Shown here: positions 21,339-32,913 of the stretch, piece by piece
Layout of the letters: every line of letters starts with the position of its first letter
Position numbering within the stretch: the first letter of the stretch is position 1
Assembly: GCA_963768565.1 (NCBI GenBank)
Contig: CAVYIO010000015.1
Span: 30,059-94,058 of the forward strand
DNA: 64,000 nucleotides
Origin: Rhodothermales bacterium
Lineage (GTDB): Bacteria > Bacteroidota > Rhodothermia > Rhodothermales > JABDKH01
Direction of reading: 5' to 3'
Translations under genes and position numbers: made by a program
The notes under the pieces: generated by a model
Database searches by the model: none
Told to the model about the DNA's origin: nothing
Seen by the model: only the letters and a program-made list of their open reading frames with translations

Positions 21339-22502
21339 ATGCAGATAGGCAGTCTGTTTATCCCTTCGTTCCCCGCATGGGCGTTTCTACAGGCCGAGGG
21401 CAGTGGGGCGCCTCTGGCCGTGATCGCCTCGGGCCGGGTGATCGCCGCCTGCCGTGCGAGTCGCCGCAGCGGCATCGAACCGGGGATGAGCGGCGAGCGG
21501 GTAAAATCGCTCTGCCCGGACGTCCGGCTGCGCATTCGCAGTGCCGAACTCGAAGCGGCGGCATGGGAAGAGGTCGTCCACTCGGTAAACGGGATCACGC
21601 CGTTCATCGAAAAGTCGCGGCCGCCGCTCCTGTACTTCAGGCCGGATGATCTGCCGGTTGCCCGCGCATTGACAGAAACACTCTCTGTGCACGGAGGCGT
21701 GGCGCCGCACCGGGCAGCGGCTCAGCTTGCAGCCCTGCGCGCAGCTCCGGGAAACATGCTCGTCGTGTCGCCCCGGAATCTTGACGGATTTCTCGATCGG
21801 TTCGCCGTCGAACGGATTGCAGAGATCGGCTTCGAAGAGGACACCGTTGAACTGCTGCACCATTTCGGTTACGCCACACTCGGAGCGGTAAAGAAACTTT
21901 CGCTTCGCCATCTCAAGGCGCAGTTTGGCGACGACGGGGATCGACTCTTCAAGATGCTCCATCCGGGAACGGAGCCTCCGATACCGCTCTTCCGGGAATC
22001 GCGCGTCATCCGGCAGGGCTACGAATTTGATGACCCCTGCCGGGAGCCACGAGAGATTCTTCCGGTGCTCGAATATCTGGTCTGCCAGGCAGCTGAAATC
22101 CTCCGGCCTGAGTATTGCCAGCGACTGCGCCTGGTAGCAAAAGGTTATCGGAACAGGGCGAACGCGACAGCCTTTCGCATTCTGCCCGAGCCGATCGGCA
22201 ACCTGCCCGGTCTGTTGCGCGCCGCGGTGCGCCTGCTCCATGCAGTGCTGTCGCCCGGTCTGGAGGTGGAGTCCCTGGCGCTGGAGCTGGGGGCTCTCCG
22301 GCATATGAAGTCCGCGCAGGTGCCGCTTTTCAAGGAACGCCCCTCGGTCTTCACGGCCGTGAGGGCCGTGCACCGGCGCTTTCCGGAGATGGTGCAGCGG
22401 GCCGTCGTGCAACCGGACGTACTGTTTTCGGAGGATGAGATGCGGCTTGATCCCTTCCCGGAGAAGGAGCCGCCTCGAAGAAAGAGGAAGAGGCCCCGAT
22501 GA
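21339..22502 (+). CDS. ImuB-like, probably catalytically inactive, Y-family polymerase homolog
   Basis: 'GRVIAACRASRRSGIEPGMSGERVKSLCP' matches the IMS N-terminus but lacks the D..F/S.DE catalytic residues; 'FGYATLG..LKAQFG' thumb; PCNA/beta-clamp-like 'QVPLF'; lies upstream of dnaE2. Confidence 0.75.
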   Translation: MQIGSLFIPSFPAWAFLQAEGSGAPLAVIASGRVIAACRASRRSGIEPGMSGERVKSLCPDVRLRIRSAELEAAAWEEVVHSVNGITPFIEKSRPPLLYFRPDDLPVARALTETLSVHGGVAPHRAAAQLAALRAAPGNMLVVSPRNLDGFLDRFAVERIAEIGFEEDTVELLHHFGYATLGAVKKLSLRHLKAQFGDDGDRLFKMLHPGTEPPIPLFRESRVIRQGYEFDDPCREPREILPVLEYLVCQAAEILRPEYCQRLRLVAKGYRNRANATAFRILPEPIGNLPGLLRAAVRLLHAVLSPGLEVESLALELGALRHMKSAQVPLFKERPSVFTAVRAVHRRFPEMVQRAVVQPDVLFSEDEMRLDPFPEKEPPRRKRKRPR

Positions 22503-22508
22503 TCGATC

Positions 22509-22748
22509 ATGAAACGGATCGAAGAGGCGGTCGAGGTGGAGGATCGGAAAGGGTGGCCGGTGCGGATACAGCGTGGCACCCGCATCTACCGTGTTCAGAA
22601 GTTGGTGGACGTGTGGGTCGTGCAGGGCCACTGGTGGCTCGAGGAAGAAAAGCGCGTGTACTTCCGCGTGCTTACGGATAAAGGGGTAATGGATGTGTAT
22701 CGGCGGGACAAAAACGGAGAATGGGTGATGGCAAAACTGGCGGATTGA
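22509..22748 (+). CDS. DUF6504-like small protein of mutagenesis cassettes
   Basis: 'YRVQKLVDVWVVQGHWWLEEEKRVYFRV..DVYR..EW', resembling the ImuB C-terminal domain as a separate gene. Confidence 0.7.
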   Translation: MKRIEEAVEVEDRKGWPVRIQRGTRIYRVQKLVDVWVVQGHWWLEEEKRVYFRVLTDKGVMDVYRRDKNGEWVMAKLAD

Positions 22749-22820
22749 CGCTGAGCTTGCTCAGCGTCATCCCGAACACGGTGAGGGATCTCTTGTGGTT
22801 GGCAGGAGGTTAACCCCCTC

Positions 22821-23255
22821 GTCTTTGCGAGGCGGCGAAGCCGCCGCGGCAATCTTAAACGGTAAGTGTTGCCTCGGCGCCCGGATTGCTTCTTCGGAGC
22901 TATGGCTCCTCATCGCAATGACGAAGGATTATCCAAACCGTCTTTGCGAGGCGGCGAAGCCGCCGCGGCAATCCGAGACGGTGAGGTTACTCGGGCGACC
23001 AAGATTGCTTCTTCGGAGCTAGGGCTCCTCATCGCAATGACGAAGGGTTATCCAAACCGTCTTTGCGAGGCGGCGAAGCCGCCGCGGCAATCTTAAACGG
23101 TGAGCATTGCCTCGGCGCCCGGATTGCTTCTTCGGAGCTATGGCTCCTCATCGCAATGACGAAGGATTATCCAAACCGTCTTTGCGAGGCGGCGAAGCCG
23201 CCGCGGCAATCTTAAACGGTAAGTCTGTCTGAGCGCCCGGATCGCTTCGGTCTGC
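22821..23255. repeat. Tandem array of 119-bp palindromic units (3 complete, 1 partial)
   Basis: GTCTTTGCGAGGCGGCGAAGCCGCCGCGGCAATC starts at 22821, 22940, 23059 and 23178. Confidence 0.95.
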
Positions 23256-23276
23256 CCGCGATGACACAATATCAAC

Positions 23277-26200
23277 ATGTTTACACACCTTCACACGCGC
23301 AGCTGGTTCTCCTTCCTCGCCGGCGGCTCGTCACCGGAGGCGCTCGCCGTCATGGCCGCCACCCGCGGAATGAAGGCCCTCGCGCTCACCGACTTCGGAG
23401 GCGTCTACGGCGTCGTCCGGTTGCAGCGAGCCTGCCGCGAGCATGGCATCAAGTCGATCTTCGGCGCCGAGGTCCCCGTCGACGGCTCGCCGCTTGTATT
23501 GCTCGCCGCCAACTCGAAAGGCTACACCAACCTGTGCAAGCTGCTCACCCATGCCCATCACCGCGAGCGCCTCAAGCCCGACGCTACGTTCGAGGAATTA
23601 GTCGAACACGCTAACGGCCTCCACTGCCTCACCGGTGCTCGTGGCAGCCGCCTCTGGACCCTGGTCGACGGCGGCCGCATGGAAGACGCGCAGGTGTGGG
23701 TGCAACAGCTCCAGCAGGTGTTTCGCTACAGACTGTCGATTGAAGTAGCCCACCATCTCCATCCCGGAGACACCCGCCGCATCCACCGCTTGCACGATCT
23801 CTCCGAGATCACCTACGTGCCGCTCGTCGCTACTGGCGACGTCCGCTATGCCATCCCCGAAGACTATCGCCGCTACGATCTCGCGACGTGCATCCGCCTC
23901 GGCATCAGCGTCTTCGAACCCCACCCCGAGCGGCCACGAAACGCAGAGGCCTATCTGAAATCAGAATCCGCCCTCCGCAAACTCATACCGTACCCTGCCG
24001 CCTTTGATCGTGCAGAAGAAATAGCTGAAGAATGCAGCGTCGACCTGCTACCCGGGTACATCACGCCGCCCGCTGCGAGCATACCGCCACGTTATACCGC
24101 CGAGAAATATCTCCACACAAAGTGCCACGAGGCGCTCCCGCGACGGTACGCCGGCACCGCCCGCTCCCGCGCTCGCGCACAGCTCGAGAAAGAACTCGCC
24201 GTGATCGGCCAGCTGGATCTGGAAGAATTCTTCCTGGTCGTCCGCGAAATCACGGAAGAATCGCGCCGCCGGGGAATCCGCTGCGCCGGACGCGGCTCGG
24301 CCGCCAACTCCATCGTTGCCTACTTGCTCGGCATCACGGCCGTCGACCCGATCGAAAACAAACTCCTTTTCGAGCGCTTCCTGCACGCCGGCCGCAAAGG
24401 CACACCCGATATCGACGTCGACTTCGACTCCGACCGTCGCGACGAGATCATCGCGTGGATGATCGAGCGATTCGGTATCGAACAGACCGCCATGACAGCT
24501 ACGCTCATCACGTATCGCATCCGCTCGGCTGTGCGCGATACCGCCAAAGCACTCGGGTGGCCGATGGAACAGGTCAACCGCATCGGCAAGACCGTCCCGC
24601 CCTACGGCGGAAGCCACAAAGTCAGCGACTACCGCGTGCGGCTCGAGCAGGTGATCGGTCCATCTCCACTATTCGACGTACTCATCAACATGGCCGAAGG
24701 TCTGTACGGCTGCCCGCGCCATCTCGGACTCCATTCGGGCGGCATGGTGCTGTCGCGCAAATCCCTCTTCAACTTCACTCCGATCCAGACATCCGCGAAC
24801 GGAGTCATGATGGTCACCTTCGACAAGGATGATGTTGAAGCTCTCGGCCTTGTCAAGTTCGACGTGCTCGGTCTTCGCATGCTGGCCGCACTCAGCGAAG
24901 CCGTTGAGCTGGTTCACCGCCACATCTCTCCGGATCTCGACATCGATGAGATTCCACTGGACGACATTCCCACCTACAACATGATTCGTGCGAGCAAAAC
25001 ACTCGGTGTGTTCCAGATCGAATCGCAGGGCCAGCTCCACTTGCTCGCGCAGCATCAGCCGGAGAACTTTCGCGACCTGATCAACGAGATCGCGCTCTTC
25101 CGCCCGGGCCCATTGCAGAGCGGCATGGTTCATCCATTCGTCCGCCGCCGTCGCGGACTCGAACCGGTCGAGTATCTGCATCCGAGTCTGGAGCCGGTTC
25201 TCGAAGACACCTACGGCGTTATCGTATACCAGGAACAGGTGCTGGAGGTCGCTCATCACTTTGCGGGGATGTCGCTGGAAGAAGCCGACGAGTTCCGCCG
25301 CCTAATGTCGAAGTTTCGCGACCCGGGGGAGATGGAAAACATGCGCGGTCGAGTTTGTCGCCGGCGCAATGAATCGGGGCGTGTCCGAACTCCATCGCCA
25401 ACCAGGTATTCGACAACGTCTCCAACTTCGTGGGATTCGGCTTCTGCCGGAGTCACGCGGCGGCGTTTGCAAAAACCGTCTACCAGTCCGCCTACATGAA
25501 GCGTCATTACACGGCCGCGTTCATGGCCGCGTTCATGCAACACCGCCCGGGGTTTTACACACTCATGACGATCGAGGAGGAGACGCGGCGCTTCGGGGTG
25601 TCCGTGCTGCCGCCCGACATCAATCGATCCTGTTTTCGATATGATCTCGAAAAAACCGATGAAGGCCGCCTGGCCATCCGGAAGTCGCTGGTGTCGGTGA
25701 CAAGTGTATCGGAAGATGCCGGTCGCATCATCATATGGGAACGGCTCGGGGGTGCGTTTACAAGTGTGGAAGATCTCTATCGGCGTGTTCCGCTGGAGAT
25801 CGACGCATTCCGCAATCTCGCACGATCCGGTGCTCTCGATAGCCTCGCCGGATCCAGCCGCCGCGCCCTGTGGGAGGTCGGGCTTCTGGCACGCCGCAAT
25901 GGTACACCCGGCGCCGAACCGGTACTTACGCTGTTCGAGATGCGGGCGGTGGAGGAAATAGATATCCCGGACCTGTCGGATCTAACCACACCCGAGCGCC
26001 TGAGCTGGGACTACCAGACGCACGATGCCGCCCGCTCGCATCCGATGGCACTCGTTCGCCGAACCCTCAACGAGCTCGAGGTGCGTACCATCGAGACGTG
26101 CTACCGTCTGGGGCGCTACCTCGACGTCGGCACCGGGGCGACTTCAACAGTCATTACCATCGCCGGCCTGGCGATTCTGCGTCAGCGGCCGCCCACCGCG

Positions 26201-26563
26201 AAGGGCGTGCTCTTCCTCACACTCGAAGACGAAACCGGCTTCATCCAGACCATCGTCCAGCCGCGCGTGCTCGAGCACCTCGACCACCTGATGAGCCTGT
26301 CGGCGCTCATCGTCCGCGGCCAGCTCCAGGTGATGGGCAACTGGCGGGGCCTCGTCGTCACGCAGGCCTGGCCGCTCCACGGGGTGTTCGGGGGATATGA
26401 AGGCTTCCCGGCGCATACCGGCGGCCGCGACCGGTTCATCACGACGGAAGACGAAGCAGAAAAGATCGGAGCGGCGGCGTGGAAGAACCCAAAGAAGACA
26501 ACAGAGGATCCGAAAAGAAAGACCAGGTATGTCACAACCGCTGCGCGTACGGGCAACGGGTAA
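23277..26563 (+). CDS. dnaE2: Error-prone DNA polymerase III alpha subunit DnaE2 (frameshift ~25350-25430)
   Basis: PHP 'HLHTRSWFSFL', 'GRGSAANS', catalytic 'PDIDVDF', 'FQIESQGQ', 'GFCRSHAAAFA', OB fold 'RQRPPTAKGVLFLTLEDETG'. Confidence 0.92.
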
Positions 26564-26636
26564 TACTCTCAAGACGAGACGTCCTCAACACAGGCACCCG
26601 ATTGCAATCGACGCATCGACTCGCGACCTTCTCCAA

Positions 26637-27152
26637 ATGAGATATCTACTATCAACCATTCTAATCACCTGTGCGCTGGTCGTCGGCTGCGAACAGAAGA
26701 CAAGCCCCATTGCATTGGGCGACACGAACCCGCGGACCCCAGCCACTGATCTCGCTCAACTCTCGTGGATGCAAGGCTACTGGACCGGCGAACAGGACGG
26801 CACCCGCATGGAAGAAGTCTGGCTGCCGCCGCGAGGCAACGTGATGATTGGCCTGCACGTCGACCTGTTCGCGTCGGGACGCTCCTTCTTTGAGTACCTG
26901 CGAATCGAACAGCGCGGCGACACGCTCGTGTTTCTTGCCAGTCCGCGCGGTCGGCCGCCGACACCCTTCATCGCGTCAGGTGCGACGGATTCCAGCGTCA
27001 CGTTCGAAAACTCCGCTCACGATTTTCCGCAAATGATTGCCTATCGGGTTGATCGCGCGAGCCGACTTCATGCCAGGATCTCGGGCCAGGGCGACGGCGA
27101 AGAACAGTCTTCCGAATGGATCTGGAGCCGGAGCGATTTGCCTCGCCCGTGA
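26637..27152 (+). CDS. DUF6265-like lipoprotein
   Basis: Lipobox 'LVVGC'; 'LSWMQGYW..EEVW..FEYLRI..VTFENSAHDFPQMIAY'. Confidence 0.7.
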   Translation: MRYLLSTILITCALVVGCEQKTSPIALGDTNPRTPATDLAQLSWMQGYWTGEQDGTRMEEVWLPPRGNVMIGLHVDLFASGRSFFEYLRIEQRGDTLVFLASPRGRPPTPFIASGATDSSVTFENSAHDFPQMIAYRVDRASRLHARISGQGDGEEQSSEWIWSRSDLPRP

Positions 27153-27224
27153 CGGCGCTGTGCGGATGGCTTGCGATACAACTGCAGTTCATTGCCGCGA
27201 GGGACAATGTGCCGCCCGGCGCTA

Positions 27225-28235
27225 CTACCGGGAATCCACGGGGAGTCTTCGCCGCTTGAAGACGTAGAAGAGGTAGGCGAAGGCGGGGAGTAGCAGCACT
27301 GTTCCTGCGCCGAGTGTCAGCGTGAGGAGTCGCAGCGTGGCCGGCGCGGTGGCGGCACCCGCAAAGGTGACGTCGGGGACGATGACGTAGGGGAATTGCG
27401 CTACTCCCCAGCCCACGAGGATCAGGGTTACCTGCAGAACGGCTGCGACCCGCGCCCACGCGAAGCGGCGCACCCAGAGCGCTACAACGGCTCCGATACC
27501 GAGAAGGGAAACGGCGGCGCCTATCGGTGGCGACCACCACTGTGAGAGACCATCGAAGAGAAACGGAGCGCCGTCAGCCGCGAGGAGGTAGACAAGCAGT
27601 GCCGCCGGTGCGAGCGTTACGGCCGAGATCAACGATCGGATCTGAAAGTCTCTCTGGACTGCCGGATTGTCTTCCGTCTCCACGGTCATGTAGACGGCGG
27701 CCAGATACGCAAAGAGCCCCTGCGCAAAAAGCCCGCACCCGACAGCAAAGGCTGTCGTCCACCCCGCGTAAAATCCAGAGATGAGCACACCGTCTTCAAC
27801 GCGGATATCACCGGTAGCAAGTGCGCCGAGGCTGAGGCCAAGGAAGAACGGGGTCAGGAAACTCGCGATGCCGAAGATCGCACTCCAGCGGCGATGCACG
27901 GCGTCCCGCTGCGCGTCGTATTTACGAAAGACAAAGGTGGTGCCACGGAGCACAATCCCGATGAGGATCAAGATCATGGGCATGAACAGTGCCGTCATGA
28001 TCAGTCCGAAGGCGGGCGGAAACGCCGAGAAAAGAAGTACGATCACGAGAATCAGCCAGACATGATTCGCCTCCCACACGGGTCCGATGGCGTCGGCGAT
28101 CGCGTCTCGTTGCTGCCGCCGATTCGGTCCGAACGCCAGAAGATCCCACATGCCTCCGCCGTAGTCCGCCCCGGCGAAAAGCGCATACAGCACGAGCGCT
28201 GCGAGCATCACCAGCGCCAGGATCATTTCATACAT
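27225..28235 (-). CDS. cydB: Cytochrome bd quinol oxidase subunit II
   Basis: 'YALFAGADYGGG', 'IGPVWEANHVWLI', 'IVLRG'; downstream of cydA. Confidence 0.93.
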   Translation of the reverse strand: MYEMILALVMLAALVLYALFAGADYGGGMWDLLAFGPNRRQQRDAIADAIGPVWEANHVWLILVIVLLFSAFPPAFGLIMTALFMPMILILIGIVLRGTTFVFRKYDAQRDAVHRRWSAIFGIASFLTPFFLGLSLGALATGDIRVEDGVLISGFYAGWTTAFAVGCGLFAQGLFAYLAAVYMTVETEDNPAVQRDFQIRSLISAVTLAPAALLVYLLAADGAPFLFDGLSQWWSPPIGAAVSLLGIGAVVALWVRRFAWARVAAVLQVTLILVGWGVAQFPYVIVPDVTFAGAATAPATLRLLTLTLGAGTVLLLPAFAYLFYVFKRRRLPVDSR

Positions 28236-28295
28236 CGTGTTTCTGGTTGATCGATTAAGTCACGCAAGGAGGCGATCCGCCCGGGCATCCGCACA

Positions 28296-29613
28296 TCAGG
28301 ATCGATGATCCCCGGAGTGTGTCTCGAGGAACTGCCGCTTGAGCAAGAAGACGAGGACGACGGAGAGAAAGACATACAGGACCGTGAACGCGATGAACGG
28401 GGCCACCAAACCACTCACGGGAGTAACGGCATCCTCGGTACGCATCACACCCCAGATGATCCACGGCTGTCGACCAACTTCCGTCACGATCCACCCCGCC
28501 TCGATGGCGATAAATCCGAGCGGCCCGGCAGCGATGAGGGCCAGCAATAACCGCGGATCGTCCGGGAGTCGGCGTGTTCGCGCCCACTTCCACCCGGCCC
28601 AGAGCGCGAGGACAAACATCATCATTCCACAACCCACCATGATGTCGAACGCCCAGTGAACGATCGTCACGTTCGGCCATTCATCCCGAGGGTAGGCATC
28701 GAGTCCTGTTACCTCTGCGTCAACGTCGCCGTGGGCCAGGAAGCTGAGGCCGTACGGAACCTCGAGTGGCGTACCGGGTCTCCATCGCCGCGTCATCAGG
28801 CAGGCCCCCGATGACCAGGGGCGCGCCGGACTCGGTGTGATAGTGCGCCTCCATCGCCGCAAACTTGGGTGGCTGCAGCACGGCTGTCATCTTTGCAATT
28901 CGGTCACCGCTGACGAGCTCAAGCGGGATGCTCACCATCGCCATTACAAGCGCGAGGCCAAACGCGTAGCGGTGGAAGATGCTGGTTCGGTCCTTCCGCA
29001 GGAAATAGGCATGTACAGCCGACACTGCAAAACCGACAGCCACGTACGAAGCAAGGATCATGTGGATGATCTGCTGTAGTGCTGCCGGATTCATCATCGC
29101 AGCAACGGGATCGACGTTCGTGATCACTCCGTCGACGAGATCAAACCCGACAGGAGCGTTCATCCAGGCATTCGCGGTGATCACAAACACGCCGGAAAGC
29201 GCTCCACTGAGAGCTACCACCACCCCGGCCAGCCAGTGAGCGACGGGCGGTATGCGATCCCACGCATACAGGTAGATTCCGAGGAAGATGGCTTCGGTGA
29301 AGAAGGCAAATCCTTCGAGCGAGAATGGCATGCCGATCACTCCACCGGCCACCGCCATGAAGTCCGGCCAGAGCAACCCCAGTTCGAACGACAGCACCGT
29401 CCCCGAAACCGCACCAACGGCAAAGAGAATTGCAGTTCCGCGCGCCCATCGCTTCGCCAGATCGAGGTACACAGGGTCCTTCGTTCGGAGATATTTGCCC
29501 TCCGCCATGGCCATGAGCAGCGGCATCCCGATACCCATCACCGCGAAGACGATGTGGAAGGCCAGAGAGAGCGCCATCAGGGAGCGCGCGAAGAAGAAAT
29601 CTTCCATTCTCAC
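28296..29613 (-). CDS. cydA: Cytochrome bd quinol oxidase subunit I, short Q-loop (frameshift ~28770)
   Basis: 'FHIVF', 'GAVSGTVLSFELG', 'EGFAFFTEA', 'QPPKFAAME', 'GWIVTEVGRQPW'. Confidence 0.93.
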
Positions 29614-29800
29614 CTCGACACGTGCGTTGGAGTGACGGCTTACCCGAGAAGAAGAAGCGGGTTCACGGCTCCGCGGTTAAGATTCGCAGAAGGCCACGGC
29701 ATGAATTCCAAGTCTTCGTCATCGTCAGCAAAGGATGTTGCACCGGGCTAGCGGGGGGGACTTTGCGTCCGGGTAGAAATCGCCGACAACCGTCCGCCAA

Positions 29801-29965
29801 AGGTCCCTCACTTCGTTCGGGATGACGTAGCGTGGGTTGCGATGGCGCGGCAAAGGCTCGGATGCCGCCAAATGGTTCGGATGGCGTAGCGTAGGTTGCG
29901 ATGGCGCGGCTAAGGCTCGCATGACGTAGCGAGACTTGCGATGGCGCGGCGAAGGCCAGGATGAC
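29801..29965. repeat. REP-like half element followed by a degenerate ~20-bp tandem repeat
   Basis: AGGTCCCTCACTTCGTTCGGGATGAC (29801-29826), then about seven ~20-bp units; 'TTGCGATGGCGCGGC' occurs three times. Confidence 0.75.
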
Positions 29966-30007
29966 ACGGGAGTTCAGATGATGTTGCGCGCTGTGTATCT
30001 TCGTTTC

Positions 30008-30430
30008 ATGAGGAAACTGATTCTTGTCTCGGCCTGCCTGGTCGCCGCGGCGTGTACCAACGAACCCGCCGCAACCAGGGAATTTAAAGGCGTAAAGACC
30101 GTCGTCTACGTCACGCCGGATCTCGACGTAGGAAAGGCGTGGTACTCGTCCGTCTTCGGCATCGAGCCGTATTTCGACGAGCCGTTCTATGTGGGTTTCC
30201 AGGTGGGCGACTTCGAGCTTGGACTTGACCCCGACACCGCCCTTGCCCCCCCGGGCCGCGGAGGCATGTGGGTATATTGGGAAGTCGATGACGCCGTCGC
30301 GACGTACGACAGACTGATGACCCTCGGAGCCACTGAGGTCGCCGGCGTGAGTGACGTCGGTGGCGGCGTCCTTGTCGGGACCGTCGAAGACCCGTTCGGC
30401 AACCTCTTCGGCATCATTCAGATGCCCTGA
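30008..30430 (+). CDS. VOC/glyoxalase-family protein with lipoprotein-like N-terminus
   Basis: 'KAWYSSVFGIEPYFDEPFYVGF..ELGLDP', 'DPFGNLFG'; 'VAAAC' lipobox-like. Confidence 0.85.
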   Translation: MRKLILVSACLVAAACTNEPAATREFKGVKTVVYVTPDLDVGKAWYSSVFGIEPYFDEPFYVGFQVGDFELGLDPDTALAPPGRGGMWVYWEVDDAVATYDRLMTLGATEVAGVSDVGGGVLVGTVEDPFGNLFGIIQMP

Positions 30431-30459
30431 TTTTCACATCACACCGAACAACTTGAAGC

Positions 30460-32857
30460 ATGGATATCCCCGTCGAAGCCTACGAAAAAATGGGCGAGTT
30501 CTACCTGGGTCGGTCGTACGATCTGGAAAAGCGCGAGATGCTCGATGACCTGCTCCTCTATGATTCCAAGGATCTTACGACGCATGCTGTTTGCGTGGGG
30601 ATGACCGGGTCCGGAAAGACGGGCCTGTGCATCTCGCTGTTGGAGGAAGCAATCATTGACGGGATCCCCGCGCTGATCATCGATCCCAAAGGTGACATCC
30701 CCAACCTGATGCTCACCTTCCCCAACCTCTCGCCCGATGAGTTCCTGCCGTGGATCAACATCGACGACGCGAGGAAGAAGAATCTTTCGCCGGAGGAATT
30801 CGCGGCAAAGCAGGCGGATCTCTGGAAGAACGGCCTGGCAAGCTGGGGCGAGGGCCCCGATCGGGTCCGGAAGCTCCGCGATGCCGCAGACGTCACGATC
30901 TACACTCCGGGTAGCGAAGCCGGTGTCCCTGTGTCGATCCTGTCGTCCTTTGCTCCGCCGTCCGAACAGGTTCGGGAAGATCGGGATCTGATGAACGACC
31001 GGATCTCGTCCACCGCGACAGGACTTCTCGGACTCCTCGGCATTGACGCAGATCCGTTGCGCAGCCGCGAACATATTCTGATCTCCAATCTTCTGGAGAA
31101 CGCCTGGAACGATGGGCTTACACTCGATCTCGGTTCGCTGATTCAGGCCATCCAGACTCCGCCCTTCGAACGTATCGGGGTGATGAACCTGGACTCATTC
31201 TTCCCGCCGAAAGAGCGCTTTGAACTCGCGATGGCACTCAACAATCTGTTGGCGTCGCCGGGATTCGAGACGTGGATGAAGGGCGTGCCCATCGACATCG
31301 ACAAGATGCTGTACGACGACTCCGGGAAACCGCGCGTCGCCATCCTGTCAATTGCACATCTGTCGGAGGCGGAGCGGATGTTCTTCGTCTCACTCTCTGC
31401 TGAACGAAACCCTTTCGTGGATCCGCACTAAACCGGGAACGACCAGTCTGCGGGCCTTGCTGTACATCGATGAGATTTTCGGATACATGCCGCCGGTGGC
31501 AAATCCACCGTCCAAGCAACCGCTGCTGACGTTGCTCAAGCAGGCGCGCGCGTACGGACTTGGTGTGGTTCTCGCCACGCAGAATCCGGTCGACCTGGAT
31601 TACAAAGGCCTGTCGAATACCGGCACGTGGTTTATCGGCCGGCTCCAGACGGAGCGCGACAAGATGCGCGTTCTGGAAGGACTTGAGGGAGCTTCGGGCG
31701 GTGGAGAGTTCGATCGAGGGCAAATGGAGCGCGTGCTCGCGGGACTCGGCAAACGGGTCTTTCTGATGCACAACGTGCACGAACCCGCCCCCGAGATCTT
31801 CCATACGCGCTGGGCGATGTCGTACCTCAGGGGCCCGATGACGCGAACGCAGATCAAGTCGCTGATGCAGGACCGCCAGACCACCGCGACTGCTACAACG
31901 ACGGAAACCGCCCGACCCTCGTCGAAGGCTTCGGCAAGTAAATCTGCGACGCAATCGAGACCCGTTGTGCCGCCGGACGTGACACAGCGATTCCTCCCCT
32001 CCGGATCTGCAGATTCGACGCACTATGAGCCGAGGGTTATCGGAACGGCGTCGGTCCATTTTCAGGACAGGAAGCGTGGTATCGAAGCCGATCGCGAGAT
32101 CGCTCTTCTCGCAGAGATCAGGGCAGGCGCTGTCTCACCTGTTGAGTGGGAAGATGCCGAGCGGGCCGACGTCGATGTCGATCGCCTTGGGACCGAGCCG
32201 GACAAGAATGCATCGTTCGGAGATCTTCCATCGGAGGCACAGAAGGCGCGAGACTACGCCGGATGGAAAAAGGACCTCGCCGACTGGCTCTATCGAGAGG
32301 AGCGGGTCACATCGTTCCTCCATCCGGGACTCGGTGTCGCATCCGACCCCGACGAAAGCGAACGAGATTTTCGGATTCGCTTGCGGGACGTTGGACGGGA
32401 GGAGCGAGACAATCAGATCGAGGAGCTTCGCGGGAAATACGAGAGGAAGATCACGACCGCTGCGGAGCGGATTCGGAAAGCCGAACAGAAGGTCGATCGC
32501 GAGCAGGAACAGGCGGAGTCGGTGAAGATGAGTAACTATGTAAACATCGGGACCACCGTGTTGTCGGCTCTTCTCGGACGAAAGGCGATCAGCCGATCGA
32601 GTGTCGGGCGCGCTTCGACAACCGTGCGCGGCATGTCCCGGACTTCCAAGGAGAAGCAGGATGTAGAGCGAGCCCTCGAGGACCTCAGCGCACGCCAGGA
32701 ATCTCTGGACGAACTCGAAAAGGAACTGGAGCAGGAGATTGAGGACCTGAAAGAGCGCCTCGATCCTGAAATGGGCCGACTCGAAACGTTCGAATTGAAA
32801 CCGCGAAGGACGGACGTGGACGTCCACTTCGTTGCTCTGGCGTGGGTGCCACAGTAG
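30460..32857 (+). CDS. HerA/FtsK-like ATPase (DUF87/DUF853-type) with C-terminal coiled coil (frameshift ~31395)
   Basis: Walker A 'GMTGSGKTG', 'IIDPKGD', Walker B 'LYIDEIFG', 'QARAYG..LATQNPVDLDYK'. Confidence 0.85.
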
Positions 32858-32913
32858 GCTCGGTGCTGCGCGTCGATCAGGCAAAAAGAACAGAGTGTCA
32901 AAGGTGAACGATT

